Assembly: GCA_963666975.2 (NCBI GenBank)
Contig: CAXVYR010000004.1
Location: 832,001-896,000, forward strand
DNA length: 64,000 nt
DNA from: Terriglobia bacterium
Lineage (GTDB): Bacteria; Acidobacteriota; Terriglobia; 2-12-FULL-54-10
Direction of reading: 5' to 3'
Shown: positions 1-9,843 of the stretch, piece by piece
Position numbering within the stretch: the first letter of the stretch is position 1
How the letters are laid out: each line of letters opens with the position of its first letter
The notes under the pieces: generated by a model
What the model was told of the DNA's origin: nothing
The model's database searches: none
Seen by the model: the letters and a program-made list of their open reading frames with translations, nothing else
Translations under genes and position numbers: made by a program

Positions 1-134
<134 letters not shown>

Positions 135-272
135 TTACACCCTCCATTTGGTGTTTCCGCTGCGGCTTTCCTCTGGAATCGACCCCTTACACGGATGATC
201 CCGATGACAGCGCGCGGAAAGTTGTCCGAATTTCGTTTGTATTTCAGAAAAGGGAAGCTGGGACGGCTCGAA

Positions 273-590
273 TTACTTTTTCCCCTTGGCCGACTCCGCG
301 GCTCCGCTCAGGATGCCCAGGATGTCCTCTTCCCGCATGATCAGCAATTCCTCGTCGTCCAGCTTGATCTCTGTGCCGGCATACTTGCCGAACACAATCC
401 GATCGCCTTTTTTCACGTCCATAGCGAGGCGAGTTCCGTTTTCGAGAATTCTCCCATTTCCGGCGGCAATGACCTCGCCCTCTTGTGACTTTTCCCTGGC
501 CGTGTCCGGAATGATGATTCCTCCCTTCTTTTCCTCCTTTGCTTCGAGTCTTCTTACCACGACCCGGTCATGAAGAGGCGTTACTTTCAT
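273..590 (-). CDS. groES: Co-chaperonin GroES
   Basis: [14 protein letters not shown]...[12 protein letters not shown]...GKYAGTEIK motifs. Confidence 0.98.
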   Translation of the reverse strand: MKVTPLHDRVVVRRLEAKEEKKGGIIIPDTAREKSQEGEVIAAGNGRILENGTRLAMDVKKGDRIVFGKYAGTEIKLDDEELLIMREEDILGILSGAAESAKGKK

Positions 591-715
591 AAATTAGCTC
601 CTTTCGCTATATCTGTAGATTGAATGAACCCAGGTTCTTTCTCGTCAGGTGTGCTTGCTTTGTGGAAAAGAGCCTGAATTTTTTAAAGAAGAAGTACTGC
701 AGGCTTTCACCAAAC

Positions 716-751
716 TATCACTTATCACTTATCACTTATCACTATGTCACT
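716..751. repeat. Heptamer tandem repeat (TATCACT)x4 plus a degenerate copy
   Basis: tatcact tatcact tatcact tatcact atgtcact in the groES leader. Confidence 0.9.
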
Positions 752-753
752 TG

Positions 754-780
754 TTAGCACTCTCGACCTGCGAGTGCTAA
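754..780. promoter_or_regulatory. CIRCE element (HrcA operator)
   Basis: Perfect TTAGCACTC-N9-GAGTGCTAA upstream of groES-groEL. Confidence 0.97.
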
Positions 781-809
781 TACTAGCCCACTTTGAGCCC
801 GGCTGTCAA
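780..809 (-). promoter_or_regulatory. Sigma70-type promoter of groESL, abutting CIRCE
   Basis: Minus strand TTGACA-N18-TAGTAT. Confidence 0.75.
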
Positions 810-984
810 GAGTAATTTTAGGAACATAATCATAAAACCTTAGTCAACTCAAATCAAATTTAATTTATTGATAAATAAAGAGATAAATTAATTAACGACA
901 TGAAGTGATCGAAATAACCAGTTTTGTCCGCTTTTGAATGGTTATCAGCGGGGAGGGGGCTTGCAACGGTCGGCACCTGGAAGG

Positions 985-2535
985 TCAGTTTCCGGGAAGG
1001 GGCCAAGGGAAGGCCCAGTCCGCCACCGGATAGCCGACAAAGGACAGCAGAACAATGCCGATTAGGGAGAGGATCATCCCTCTTACGAACATGGGGAGTA
1101 TCCGAATATAGCCGCTGGCGAAGACGATCGAGCAGGGAGGATTCGCCATCGGCAACGAGTAACTGATGCAACTGGCCACAGAGACTATGACGGTTAACGC
1201 GATGGGATTGAGAGCGACAATCGGCGCCACCGAAAGGGCGATGGGCCCCAAGAAGCTGATGATCGCCACATTGGTGGTCATATTGGTCAGCACAACCGCC
1301 AGGGTGATGGTTCCCAGGAGGAATAAGTAGCGGGAGACTTCCGGCCCGGCAAAGGAGCTGACGATATAGGAGAAAAAGCCGCCCAGTCCGACCTCTTTGT
1401 CGCCGACCGTCGTACCCACGGCGAGCGCTCCGGCAATCAGCGCCATGGTTCCCCACTCGATATCCTTCACCGCCTCCGACCAAGTCACGGCAAACTTCCG
1501 CGTCTTCCAGTCAATCGGCAGGAGAAACAAAGCCACGGCAACCACCAAGCCCACCAACCCCCAATTGAGACGAGCATAGATCAATTTCGCGACTTCGTGT
1601 TCGCGCCCCAGAACAAAGGATGACAGCTCCGGCAGAATCCACAGAAACAGCGCGGTGAAGAGCGCGCCCGTGGCGAACTTCTCTCCCCGGCTGAACGGCC
1701 CCATCTGTCTGAGCTCTTCCCGGATGGTTTCCTGCGGCACTTCATAGTTCAAATCCTCCCGGCGGAGGAACAGGCGGAGTACCAGGAACATGGCCACTGC
1801 CTGGAGGAGCGTGAAGGGAAGATTGCCCCAAAACCATTGGACGTAGCCGATCTGGTATCCCATCGGTTCCATCTCGCCCATGATACCGATGGCGATCAGG
1901 TTGGTTGGCGTGCCGCCGGGGGTCATCACGGAGCCGATGTTGCTTGCCCAGGCCACCCCCAGAAACATGGCCATCCCGTAACCGCTTCCGGTTTTAACCT
2001 TCATAATTTCCAGCAGTCCGAGCCCCATGGAGAGAAACAACACGGAGGTGACGGTATTGGACAGGATGGCAGTCACCATAATGTTGGCAGTCAAAAAGAC
2101 CACTAGAAGACGCCAGGGATCGCCGCCGACCAGTTTCAAGGACATCAGCTTGAGGCTGAACCTCCGCGTCAGCCCGTATTTCTGCATGGCGTGGCCGATG
2201 ATGAAGGCTCCCAGCAGAAACAGAACAGCCCAATGCGACCAGTAACCAAAGGCTTTCTGCAGCGGCAGGACTCCGCAGAGCACAAACAGAGGCATGGACA
2301 GGAGGGCGGTTACCGGGATGGGGATGGGCTCGGTGACCCACCAGATGATGATCCAGCTAAAGATGGCCAGCGTGCGCATCCCCAGCAGGCTGACTTCCGG
2401 CAAAGGCGGCAACAGCAAAGCCAGCACAAAACAAGCAGGCCCCAGAAAGAGCCCCACTGCCCGCTTTGCTTTTTCAAAGCGGATTTCCCCTGCGGTCAAC
2501 TGAGGGGTCAGTTCGTGCAGGTCTTTCCAACTCAT
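985..2535 (-). CDS. DASS/SLC13 family sodium:dicarboxylate/sulfate symporter
   Basis: Many TM helices; WWVTEPIPIPVT, SNT, TPGGTPTN and LPMANPP motifs. Confidence 0.9.
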   Translation of the reverse strand: MSWKDLHELTPQLTAGEIRFEKAKRAVGLFLGPACFVLALLLPPLPEVSLLGMRTLAIFSWIIIWWVTEPIPIPVTALLSMPLFVLCGVLPLQKAFGYWSHWAVLFLLGAFIIGHAMQKYGLTRRFSLKLMSLKLVGGDPWRLLVVFLTANIMVTAILSNTVTSVLFLSMGLGLLEIMKVKTGSGYGMAMFLGVAWASNIGSVMTPGGTPTNLIAIGIMGEMEPMGYQIGYVQWFWGNLPFTLLQAVAMFLVLRLFLRREDLNYEVPQETIREELRQMGPFSRGEKFATGALFTALFLWILPELSSFVLGREHEVAKLIYARLNWGLVGLVVAVALFLLPIDWKTRKFAVTWSEAVKDIEWGTMALIAGALAVGTTVGDKEVGLGGFFSYIVSSFAGPEVSRYLFLLGTITLAVVLTNMTTNVAIISFLGPIALSVAPIVALNPIALTVIVSVASCISYSLPMANPPCSIVFASGYIRILPMFVRGMILSLIGIVLLSFVGYPVADWAFPWPLPGN

Positions 2536-2643
2536 CGGCCCGCCTCAAATGGGATGGACAAGGAACACCTGAGCGTTTGAGCTTCGTCCTGCAGGGCCGG
2601 GTTGGCAGCAAAAGGCCAGTTCAGGCCGGGACAGAAGCCGGGG

Positions 2644-4161
2644 TTATTTTTTTGTGCCTGCCTTCTTTTTGGGCGGCTTAGGCGGTGCTGCGCCGTTCTC
2701 CTCATAGGAGGACAAACGGGGCGCCTCCCCGTCCAATCCGAATTCCTTCCAGCGGGCAGCCAGCCGGTCGTAGACTTCCCGGCGTACACGGTTCCGGGGA
2801 GAGAAAACCTTGATGTGTTTGTGCTCCTTGCAAGCATTGAGGATAGCCTTAGAACCCCAGGGGCGCTCCTCGGGAGGGTTCTTGGTGGGGTCCAGCCATG
2901 TGGACCAAGTGTTGCGCAAGATGTCGATATCATCCGCCGGGCTGAAGCGGGTGGAGAGAGCCCACAGGACCTGGTGGATGTCGGTGGGGTCCACGTCGTC
3001 ATCCACCACGACGATCAATTTGGAGAAGTACGCCCCGGCCGGGGACTGGGCAGCCAGCGTGGCTACCTGGGAGGCGTGGCCGGGATAGCGCTGCTCGACG
3101 GAGACCGCAGTGATGCCAAACCCGCCGGCGCCCGCCGGGAAACAGTAAACTCCCTTGATGCCCGGAACGCCGAGCTTATCCAGGTCGTTCCACACCGTGG
3201 CGGAACGGACTATGGAGTACAGAAGCCCCAGTTCATTGGCCGGGTAGTCGGCCATCAGAGCGCATGTCAGGATGGGGTTTTTCCGGTACCGGACCCGCTG
3301 CACATCAATAATCGGGGTGTTGGCTTCGGGCCGCCCGTAATAGCCCGTGAATTCGCCGAACGGTCCTTCCAGCCCTTCCTTGCCGGGGTTCATGAAGCCT
3401 TCCACGATAATCTCCGCAGAGGCGGGCAGATCGAGTCCGGTCAGGTCGCTATGGAATATATCGACCGGCTCGTTCACCAGCCCTCCGGCATAGTCATATT
3501 CCGACTCGGTCTTGGGAAGCGTCACGCAAGCCACCGTCAGCAGGACGGGATCACATCCGTACACGGCGGCAACGGGAAAGGGCTTGTTCTGTGCCCAGTA
3601 GCGTTCGCTTTGCAGACGGGCGTCCTTGCCGGGCGACCAGTAGCAGAACAGCTCCCGGGGACCGTGGACCATCTGCCGGTAAGTTCCCAGGTTCAAATGG
3701 CCATCTTCCAGGTCGCGGGTCACCAGCGCATCCCATGTTCCGAGATAGCGTCCGCCGTCGCGCGGCCAAATCTTGGGGGCGGGGAAGCCGGTGATGTCGA
3801 TCTCGGCTCCCTCTTGGATTACTTCGTTGACAGGAGCCTTCTCGGCGGGGATCATGCGGGGAGGAACTTTCCGCCCAAAATTATCCTTGGCAAACCGGAT
3901 CAATTCCGTGACTGAAAGGTCTTTCGGCAGACCCAGGCTTAGCGCAATGCGGTTCTTGGCGGAACTGAACAGGTTGAACACGGCGCTTGATCCGTACTTG
4001 GCGTCCCGGATATTCTGGAACCACAAGATCGGCGAGTTTTCGCGCTGAGCCACCATGTAATTCAAGGCTCCCATCTCTTCATCCCAGTCAATGGGCTGAG
4101 TGATGGTTTTCAATTCCCCCATCGCTTCGGATTCTTTCAATAAATCGCGCAGGCTCAGCAT
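2644..4161 (-). CDS. UbiD family prFMN-dependent (de)carboxylase
   Basis: DGGRYLGT, NLGTYR, EGPFGEFTGYY, VVVDDDVDP motifs; 505 aa. Confidence 0.93.
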   Translation of the reverse strand: MLSLRDLLKESEAMGELKTITQPIDWDEEMGALNYMVAQRENSPILWFQNIRDAKYGSSAVFNLFSSAKNRIALSLGLPKDLSVTELIRFAKDNFGRKVPPRMIPAEKAPVNEVIQEGAEIDITGFPAPKIWPRDGGRYLGTWDALVTRDLEDGHLNLGTYRQMVHGPRELFCYWSPGKDARLQSERYWAQNKPFPVAAVYGCDPVLLTVACVTLPKTESEYDYAGGLVNEPVDIFHSDLTGLDLPASAEIIVEGFMNPGKEGLEGPFGEFTGYYGRPEANTPIIDVQRVRYRKNPILTCALMADYPANELGLLYSIVRSATVWNDLDKLGVPGIKGVYCFPAGAGGFGITAVSVEQRYPGHASQVATLAAQSPAGAYFSKLIVVVDDDVDPTDIHQVLWALSTRFSPADDIDILRNTWSTWLDPTKNPPEERPWGSKAILNACKEHKHIKVFSPRNRVRREVYDRLAARWKEFGLDGEAPRLSSYEENGAAPPKPPKKKAGTKK

Positions 4162-5029
4162 TAAGCCCCCCTTAGATATTTTAGAAAATTACGAATAAGC
4201 AATGTCGGCACAGCACCGTTCTCTTTTTTTATGGAGAAACCGGCTGGCGGCGTAATCCTCTATCAATTATTGAAACAGAACTCCATGCGACCAGTTGGGT
4301 TCCTACCGGCGTTGCATGGGTATACCGGATATGACGAGAAGGGTCAATGAGAAACCATCTATTGTCGTCATTCTCAAACAGTATGGCTGAATAGGTTCGC
4401 AGAAATCCGTCCGCTTTGCAAGAGCCTGGGTGAGGATTTCTAGGTCGGCAGGCGGGGACGGGGTCATACACGGGCTCACATGGAGCATGCCATGCAACGT
4501 CAGGAGTTCGTCCAGCAAGCGATCAGGAAGCGGGCTATCTTAGGAATTCCTGCGGGTAGCGGCGAGCAGCAGATACTGATCTTACAATGGACCTGTACAT
4601 TTCGGGCTTCCTGAAGACCCAAAAGGTATAGTCAGCGCCGCTCCAATAAGCTAAAAACAGACACAGGCAAACTAGGACCATCGCAGCGTAGATCGTCGGT
4701 AGATTTTTTTCTTGCTGCCACCCGGCGTTTTTCCACTTTGCCATTTCTCCAGGGAATTCTAAAAAAAACTAATGTGAACCTTCTTATGCCGGTCACCTGC
4801 GGGCACGTAACACGGAGGATGCCATATGGTTCGAGTTACGGCGAAAAGAGGGAATGCAGCGAAGGTGGAAGCAAATAAGCTAATTAGAAACATTCTTAAC
4901 GGTGAAAAGTTTTCCTGCATTGTTCCGATGGAATGGCGGATCGATTGCTTCTTGCTTGGTGTGCAGTAGAAAGTACGTTGACTACTGCTTGGCGGAATTC
5001 TGAAAGAACACAGAATCGGTTTTGTCGCC

Positions 5030-5056
5030 TAAAGGTTTCAAACCACCTGACGATTG
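5030..5056 (+). promoter_or_regulatory. Putative sigma28 (FliA) promoter upstream of cheA
   Basis: TAAAGGTT-N11-GACGATTG resembles TAAAGTTT-N11-GCCGATAA. Confidence 0.45.
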
Positions 5057-5262
5057 ATAAGTTGGGTACAAGGGCGGTTCTCGCACCAAGTGTTGAAGGA
5101 AACGCGGCGCCGCGCAGGGTGCCCATGTGACGCCGGGGAGGCTGGAGGCCAACCTCGCCATCCTCAGGGGTCGCTGGAAAACCAAGACGCAATTGGGTAG
5201 AGCCAATGTACCGTAAGGTGCGCAATCGAGACAGCAAAAAGAGAACAAAAGGAAACTCCGGC

Positions 5263-5931
5263 ATGAGCGATCTGGATAACATCGTCAAAGAATTTTTAGT
5301 TGAAAGCTACGAGAACTTAGACCAACTGGACCGCGACCTGGTCGTGCTGGAAACCAATCCCAGCGACCAGGCTAAACTGGCCAGTATCTTCCGCACGATC
5401 CACACCATCAAAGGCACCTGCGGCTTCCTGGCTTTTTCCAAGCTGGAGGGAGTGGCCCACGTCGGGGAAAACCTGCTCGGCCGGTTGCGCGACGGGAAAC
5501 TCGTTCTCAATGCGGAAATCACCAGCGCATTGCTCGCCACGGTGGATGCAGTCCGCGAGATGCTGCGCAACATTGAAAACAGCGGAAACGAAGGCGACGG
5601 CGACTACTCGGCACTGACGGCCCAGTTGAAGGCTCTGCAGGAAGACAGCAGTCAGGCTCCCGCCGCCGATTCAAAAGACGCTGCAAAAGAAGCTGAGGAG
5701 CAAACCCCCATCGGGGAGATTCTGGTAGAGAGCGGCAAGGCTAAACCCGAGGATGTGGAAGCAGGGCTCCAGCAACAGCAAGCAGGCGATCCGCGCCACC
5801 TCGGGGAAATTTTGGTCGAAAAAGGCACCGTGCATCCGAAGGAAGTGATGCAGGCGCTGAATACCCAGACGGAGTCCCGCACGACCGCCGTGGCCGATGC
5901 CAACATTCGGGTTGACGTGGGAGTTCTGGAC
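5263..5931 (+). pseudogene. cheA: CheA N-terminal part (Hpt domain and linker), truncated by IS
   Basis: EFLVESYENLDQLD...IFRTIHTIKGTCGFL Hpt motif; stops at IRVDVGVLD (start of dimerisation domain) exactly where the IS begins. Confidence 0.9.
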
Positions 5932-6018
5932 TGTGCCCCGTCAGGGCTTGTTGGACAGGTAGAGGGTAATAGTTAAGGTGATGTTTTTGGCTCATCGTAG
6001 AGACTGAAAGGAACGAAG

Positions 6019-6390
6019 ATGAGACAAAAACAAGACGACAGGGGGGCGGTCGAGAAGGCCGTCCGGGAGATCAAACGCAGGACGCGGCGCAGGTTCAGCC
6101 CGGAAGACAAAATCCGCATTGTATTGCAGGGACTTCGCGGCGAGGACAGCATCGCGGAGCTGTGCCGCCGCGAGGGGCTGCACCAGAACCAGTATTACCG
6201 CTGGAGCAAGGAGTTTCTGGAGGCTGGCCGCAAGCGGCTGGCGGGCGACATAGACCGTGAGGCAACCAGTGGCGAAGTCAAGACTCTGCGGGAGCAGGCC
6301 GTACAGCTGAAAGAGGCCCTGGCCGAGGCTATGCTGGAAAATCGCCTGCTAAAAAAAAGCGTGATCGGGGATGGGGAGGAACATACATGA
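6019..6390 (+). CDS. IS3-family transposase OrfA (HTH)
   Basis: RRRFSPEDKIRIVL...SIAELCRREG; A8G slippery run at 6351-6359 for -1 frameshift. Confidence 0.92.
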   Translation: MRQKQDDRGAVEKAVREIKRRTRRRFSPEDKIRIVLQGLRGEDSIAELCRREGLHQNQYYRWSKEFLEAGRKRLAGDIDREATSGEVKTLREQAVQLKEALAEAMLENRLLKKSVIGDGEEHT

Positions 6391-7370
6391 GATACCCTGC
6401 CTCGGAGAAGCTGGAGATCATCTGCACGGTGGAGCAATCTGCCCTGGGGGTGCGCCGGACGCTGCAGCAGGTTGGCATTCCCAGATCGACGTTTTACAAC
6501 TGGTACGACCGCTATGTGTCGGAAGGCTTTGATGGGCTGGAAGACAAAAAACCCGATCCTGGCCCTGTCTGGAACAAGGTGCCGGAGGAGATAACTCAGC
6601 AGTTGGTGACGTTAGCCCTGGCCGAGCCCGATCTGTCGTCACGCGAGCTGGCGGTGCGTTTTACCGAGGAAAGGCGGTATTACCTTTCTGAATCGACGGT
6701 TTACCGCGTCCTGAAAAGCCATGACCTGATTACCGCGCCAGCCTTTATTGTCCTGAAAGCGGCGGAACGGTTCGCCAACCCGACCACGGCGGTCAACCAG
6801 CTCTGGCAGACCGACTTCACCTACCTGAAAGTCATCGGTTGGGGCTGGTTCTACCTGTCCACGGTGCTGGACGACTTCTCGCGCTATATCATCGCCTGGC
6901 GGCTGTGCAAAACCATGAGCGCAAGTGACGTCTCGGCCACGTTGCGGGATGCTTTGCAAGCCACCGGCCTCGACCGCGTGGGCGCCCGGCACAGACCTCG
7001 CCTCCTGAGCGACAACGGGCCGTGCTACGTCTCTTCCGAACTGCAATCATGGCTGGCAGAAAACAGCGTGCCGCATACTCGCGGCAAGCCCTATCACCCC
7101 ATGACGCAGGGCAAGATCGAACGCTGGCACCGAACTCTGAAAGACCGCATCCTGCTCAACAACTATTACCTGCCAGAAGAGCTGGAGCGGCAGATCGATG
7201 CCTTCGTCAACCACTACAACACCAACCGATACCATGAAAGCCTGAACAACCTGACACCGTATGACGTTTTTACAGGCCAAGGCAGTGCCATCCTGCAAAA
7301 ACGGGATCGCATCAAAGAGAAAACTATGATCTTAAGAAAACGGTTGCACTTCAAAAGAAGGGCAGCCTAA
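6387..7370 (+). CDS. IS3-family transposase OrfB (DDE/rve)
   Basis: WQTDFTY, LDDFSR, SDNG, QGKIERWHRTLK motifs. Confidence 0.95.
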   Translation: MRYPASEKLEIICTVEQSALGVRRTLQQVGIPRSTFYNWYDRYVSEGFDGLEDKKPDPGPVWNKVPEEITQQLVTLALAEPDLSSRELAVRFTEERRYYLSESTVYRVLKSHDLITAPAFIVLKAAERFANPTTAVNQLWQTDFTYLKVIGWGWFYLSTVLDDFSRYIIAWRLCKTMSASDVSATLRDALQATGLDRVGARHRPRLLSDNGPCYVSSELQSWLAENSVPHTRGKPYHPMTQGKIERWHRTLKDRILLNNYYLPEELERQIDAFVNHYNTNRYHESLNNLTPYDVFTGQGSAILQKRDRIKEKTMILRKRLHFKRRAA

Positions 7371-7443
7371 CATCAACCCAGAGGAGCCTGAACGCCACCT
7401 TATCTTTTTATGCTCTGTGTCCAACATTATCTGACGACGTACA

Positions 7444-7790
7444 GGCGCAGCCACTCCCGCGACGACGGGGCTACTTGGTCTCCCCCGATGCAAACCTCCC
7501 TTCCCAACCCGTTGAGCGGCCTGTCGGCCTTCACCACGCAGAACCGCGTTACCCTGGTCTATAACCACACGGAGAAGCATCAACGGTACCCGCTGAGCCT
7601 GTCCCATTCCAGCGACGAAGGAATCACCTGGGCAGATCCCTGGCATATTGAAGTCCTGCCGATAGAGGTTTCCTACCCGAGTTTTCTGGCTGACGACAAG
7701 GGGAGCGTTCACGGTGTCTATACCTATAACCAGCGAATGATCAAATACGTCAGCTATAAAGCCGAAAAGAACGGAGAGCTGCTATGGTAA
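7444..7790 (+). pseudogene. 3' fragment of BNR/Asp-box (sialidase-like) protein
   Basis: Asp boxes SRDDGATW and SSDEGITW; SYPS...VHGVYTY; 5' part replaced by the IS. Confidence 0.75.
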
Positions 7791-8113
7791 GCATCTGGGA
7801 CTTTCGGAATTTGCACGAGGGGAAACGGGTCTTCCTGATGGCTTCCGGTCCCTCGCTGTCTCATCTGGACCTGACGCCGCTGAGCCGGCGCATCGTGATC
7901 GGCATGAACCGCACCTCGCTGCTGTTCCCGAACACCCATTACCATTGCACAATGGATCTGCGGCTCTTTGATGATTATCCCGACCTGCTGCGCAGTTCCC
8001 GCTATCTGTTTACCTTTGAAGGCAGGCCGTTCGGTATCCCTCTCCGGTTGCTCGGCTCGGAAGGGTTTAGTTGGGATCTCGAAAAGGGCATCTATTCCGG
8101 CTATACCGTCGCC
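7784..8113 (+). pseudogene. 5' fragment of DUF115/MptE-like (Maf-type) protein
   Basis: FRNLHEGKRVFLMASGPSL...IGMN motif; similarity appears to end after SGYTVA, then runs antisense into the TPR gene. Confidence 0.6.
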
Positions 8114-8146
8114 TCTCGCCGGGGCAGCCGGTTCCGTATGGATCGA

Positions 8147-9274
8147 TCACTTCTTCGCCATGAACTGTTTGATCTGCTCCAATCTTTCTCTCATCTGCCC
8201 GGCAAATCGCCCTTCGGGCGACTCTTCCAAATAGGTTCGCATTTCAACTGCCGCATTCAAGTGAGCCTGTCTTTGCAGGAAGATTTCGGCTAGCAAGACG
8301 TGGAGTTGCGGGACGTGTCCGCGAGAATTGGCTTCCGCCCGGCGCGCGCACTTTTCGGCTGCGTCCAGGTTGTAGAGATTGTAATTTCCCACCGCCTGGA
8401 GAAAACTGGCAAAGCCAACGCTGGGATCCAGCCGGAGGGCTTTCCCGGCCGTTTCCACGGCGTTCCGGTATTGCTTGTTTTGCAGTTGCAGTGTGGCCAG
8501 GTTCATGTACGGCGGAATGTATTCCGGGTCAATCCCAATGGCTTTTTCAAAAGCCCGGGTGGCTTTTTCTGCTTCCCGGCCAGCGAGGTAAATCCGGCCC
8601 AAGGCATTCCAGGCGGCGGCATATTGGTCATACTGAGCGACGGCTTGCTGGAAGTGTTGCCTGGCTCTCTCCGGACGCTGCTTGCGAACTTCTTTGAGCC
8701 CCTTCGCAAATTCCTTGCGCGCGCTGCTGGGAACCATCAGGGATGCGACGCTGATGGTGGCCTCTTGGACGCCGCCTATGCGCCTCAAACGCAGCGTGCC
8801 GACCTCGATCCTTCCCATGCCGGCGGAGTGGGTAAGGGTATGAGTCAAGGGAAAATAGCCCGGCACGGATGCCTGCAATTCGCAGCCAGCCAAGGAACTG
8901 CCGTTTTGCCGCAGCAAGTTTCTCCGACTATTGGCTGAATACATCGGTCTTTGACTGCTGGCACTGAAATCTGTGTTGCTCTGCGGGTCGGCGCCCAGGT
9001 GAATGGTGAAGTATCCGTCCAGGTCAGTGTGGATCACCTGCAAGGGCTTCACGCCGCAGGTCAGCTCAATCGATACGGGCTTTGCCGGGGGCCTGCCGCT
9101 ATCGGTTACAATCCGCCCATTTACATCCACAGATCCCTGGCTGGACGAATATGAATGCGGAAAGCCAGCGAAGATTTTCTGAGCAAACGGCCCCGCCGCC
9201 ATCCAAAGCAGAAGCAAGGCTAGGTGTCGATATACGTTGCGATTCGTTTTTTTAAGTTTTTCCTTCCGGGTCAT
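8147..9274 (-). CDS. Secreted TPR-repeat protein with N-terminal beta-sandwich
   Basis: Signal peptide; TPR helices (AAAWNALGRIY, PYMNLATLQLQ). Confidence 0.85.
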   Translation of the reverse strand: MTRKEKLKKTNRNVYRHLALLLLWMAAGPFAQKIFAGFPHSYSSSQGSVDVNGRIVTDSGRPPAKPVSIELTCGVKPLQVIHTDLDGYFTIHLGADPQSNTDFSASSQRPMYSANSRRNLLRQNGSSLAGCELQASVPGYFPLTHTLTHSAGMGRIEVGTLRLRRIGGVQEATISVASLMVPSSARKEFAKGLKEVRKQRPERARQHFQQAVAQYDQYAAAWNALGRIYLAGREAEKATRAFEKAIGIDPEYIPPYMNLATLQLQNKQYRNAVETAGKALRLDPSVGFASFLQAVGNYNLYNLDAAEKCARRAEANSRGHVPQLHVLLAEIFLQRQAHLNAAVEMRTYLEESPEGRFAGQMRERLEQIKQFMAKK

Positions 9275-9843
9275 GGCCAGCCCTCCGTTCGCACACTTGC
9301 TGTCGATCCGGCAGGTGTATGGAGTGGACTCCCGGCCACATGCAGCGATTTCTGAGGGGGTTTTCTGTCTTCCGCTTCTAACCGATGTACCCCAGAAGAC
9401 GGTGTTTGTTTCGCCATCTCTCCGGGTTCAACCGGGGCGGCCGCTTTGCCGCCTTATCTCGAACAGCAGACAGTATGATGAGGGCGTTCGCTGCGCTCAA
9501 CGTCACCTGCTACATAAAGATAGTTCGGCAAACGTAATGGAAAGTTGAGCGGTTAGTTGCAATGCGGCGGGTTCCGCGCCGGTTTCCTGTTTGAAGCCGT
9601 CTTTCTATTTCCTGGTAGACGTGTTTTCGGCTCCTGGCTGGGGTCGGGGGAAGGAAATGAACAAATAAGTAAAAAAGGAATGAAGCGAGGAGGTATTTTT
9701 GCCGAAAGATATAGAAGGATGGAACTGTCCATGGAGGGCAGCCAGAAAGTCGAAGGGGAATCGAGGGTGGTTCGGAGATCACCACGCAGGAGATAGGAGT
9801 TGTCCACCATCAGGCAACCCACGAGAGTTCAAGGGAGGATGGA

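Larger units (their letters stand above)
5932..7443 (+). mobile_element. IS3-family insertion sequence (~1.5 kb)
   Basis: TG...CA ends; imperfect IRs TGTGCCCCGTCAGGGCTTGTTGGACA and revcomp TGTACGTCGTCAGATAATGTTGGACA; orfA/orfB; no target duplication visible. Confidence 0.92.

Noticed and set aside
4229-4744. Short ORFs between ubiD and cheA
   Set aside because: No recognisable family; may be relics but cannot be supported
4765-4860. Possible c-di-GMP-II riboswitch near cheA (ATGTGAA...GGGCAC...GAGTTA)
   Set aside because: The 3' pseudoknot segment (TAGTGCAACCG-like) is not recognisable; needs an Infernal scan
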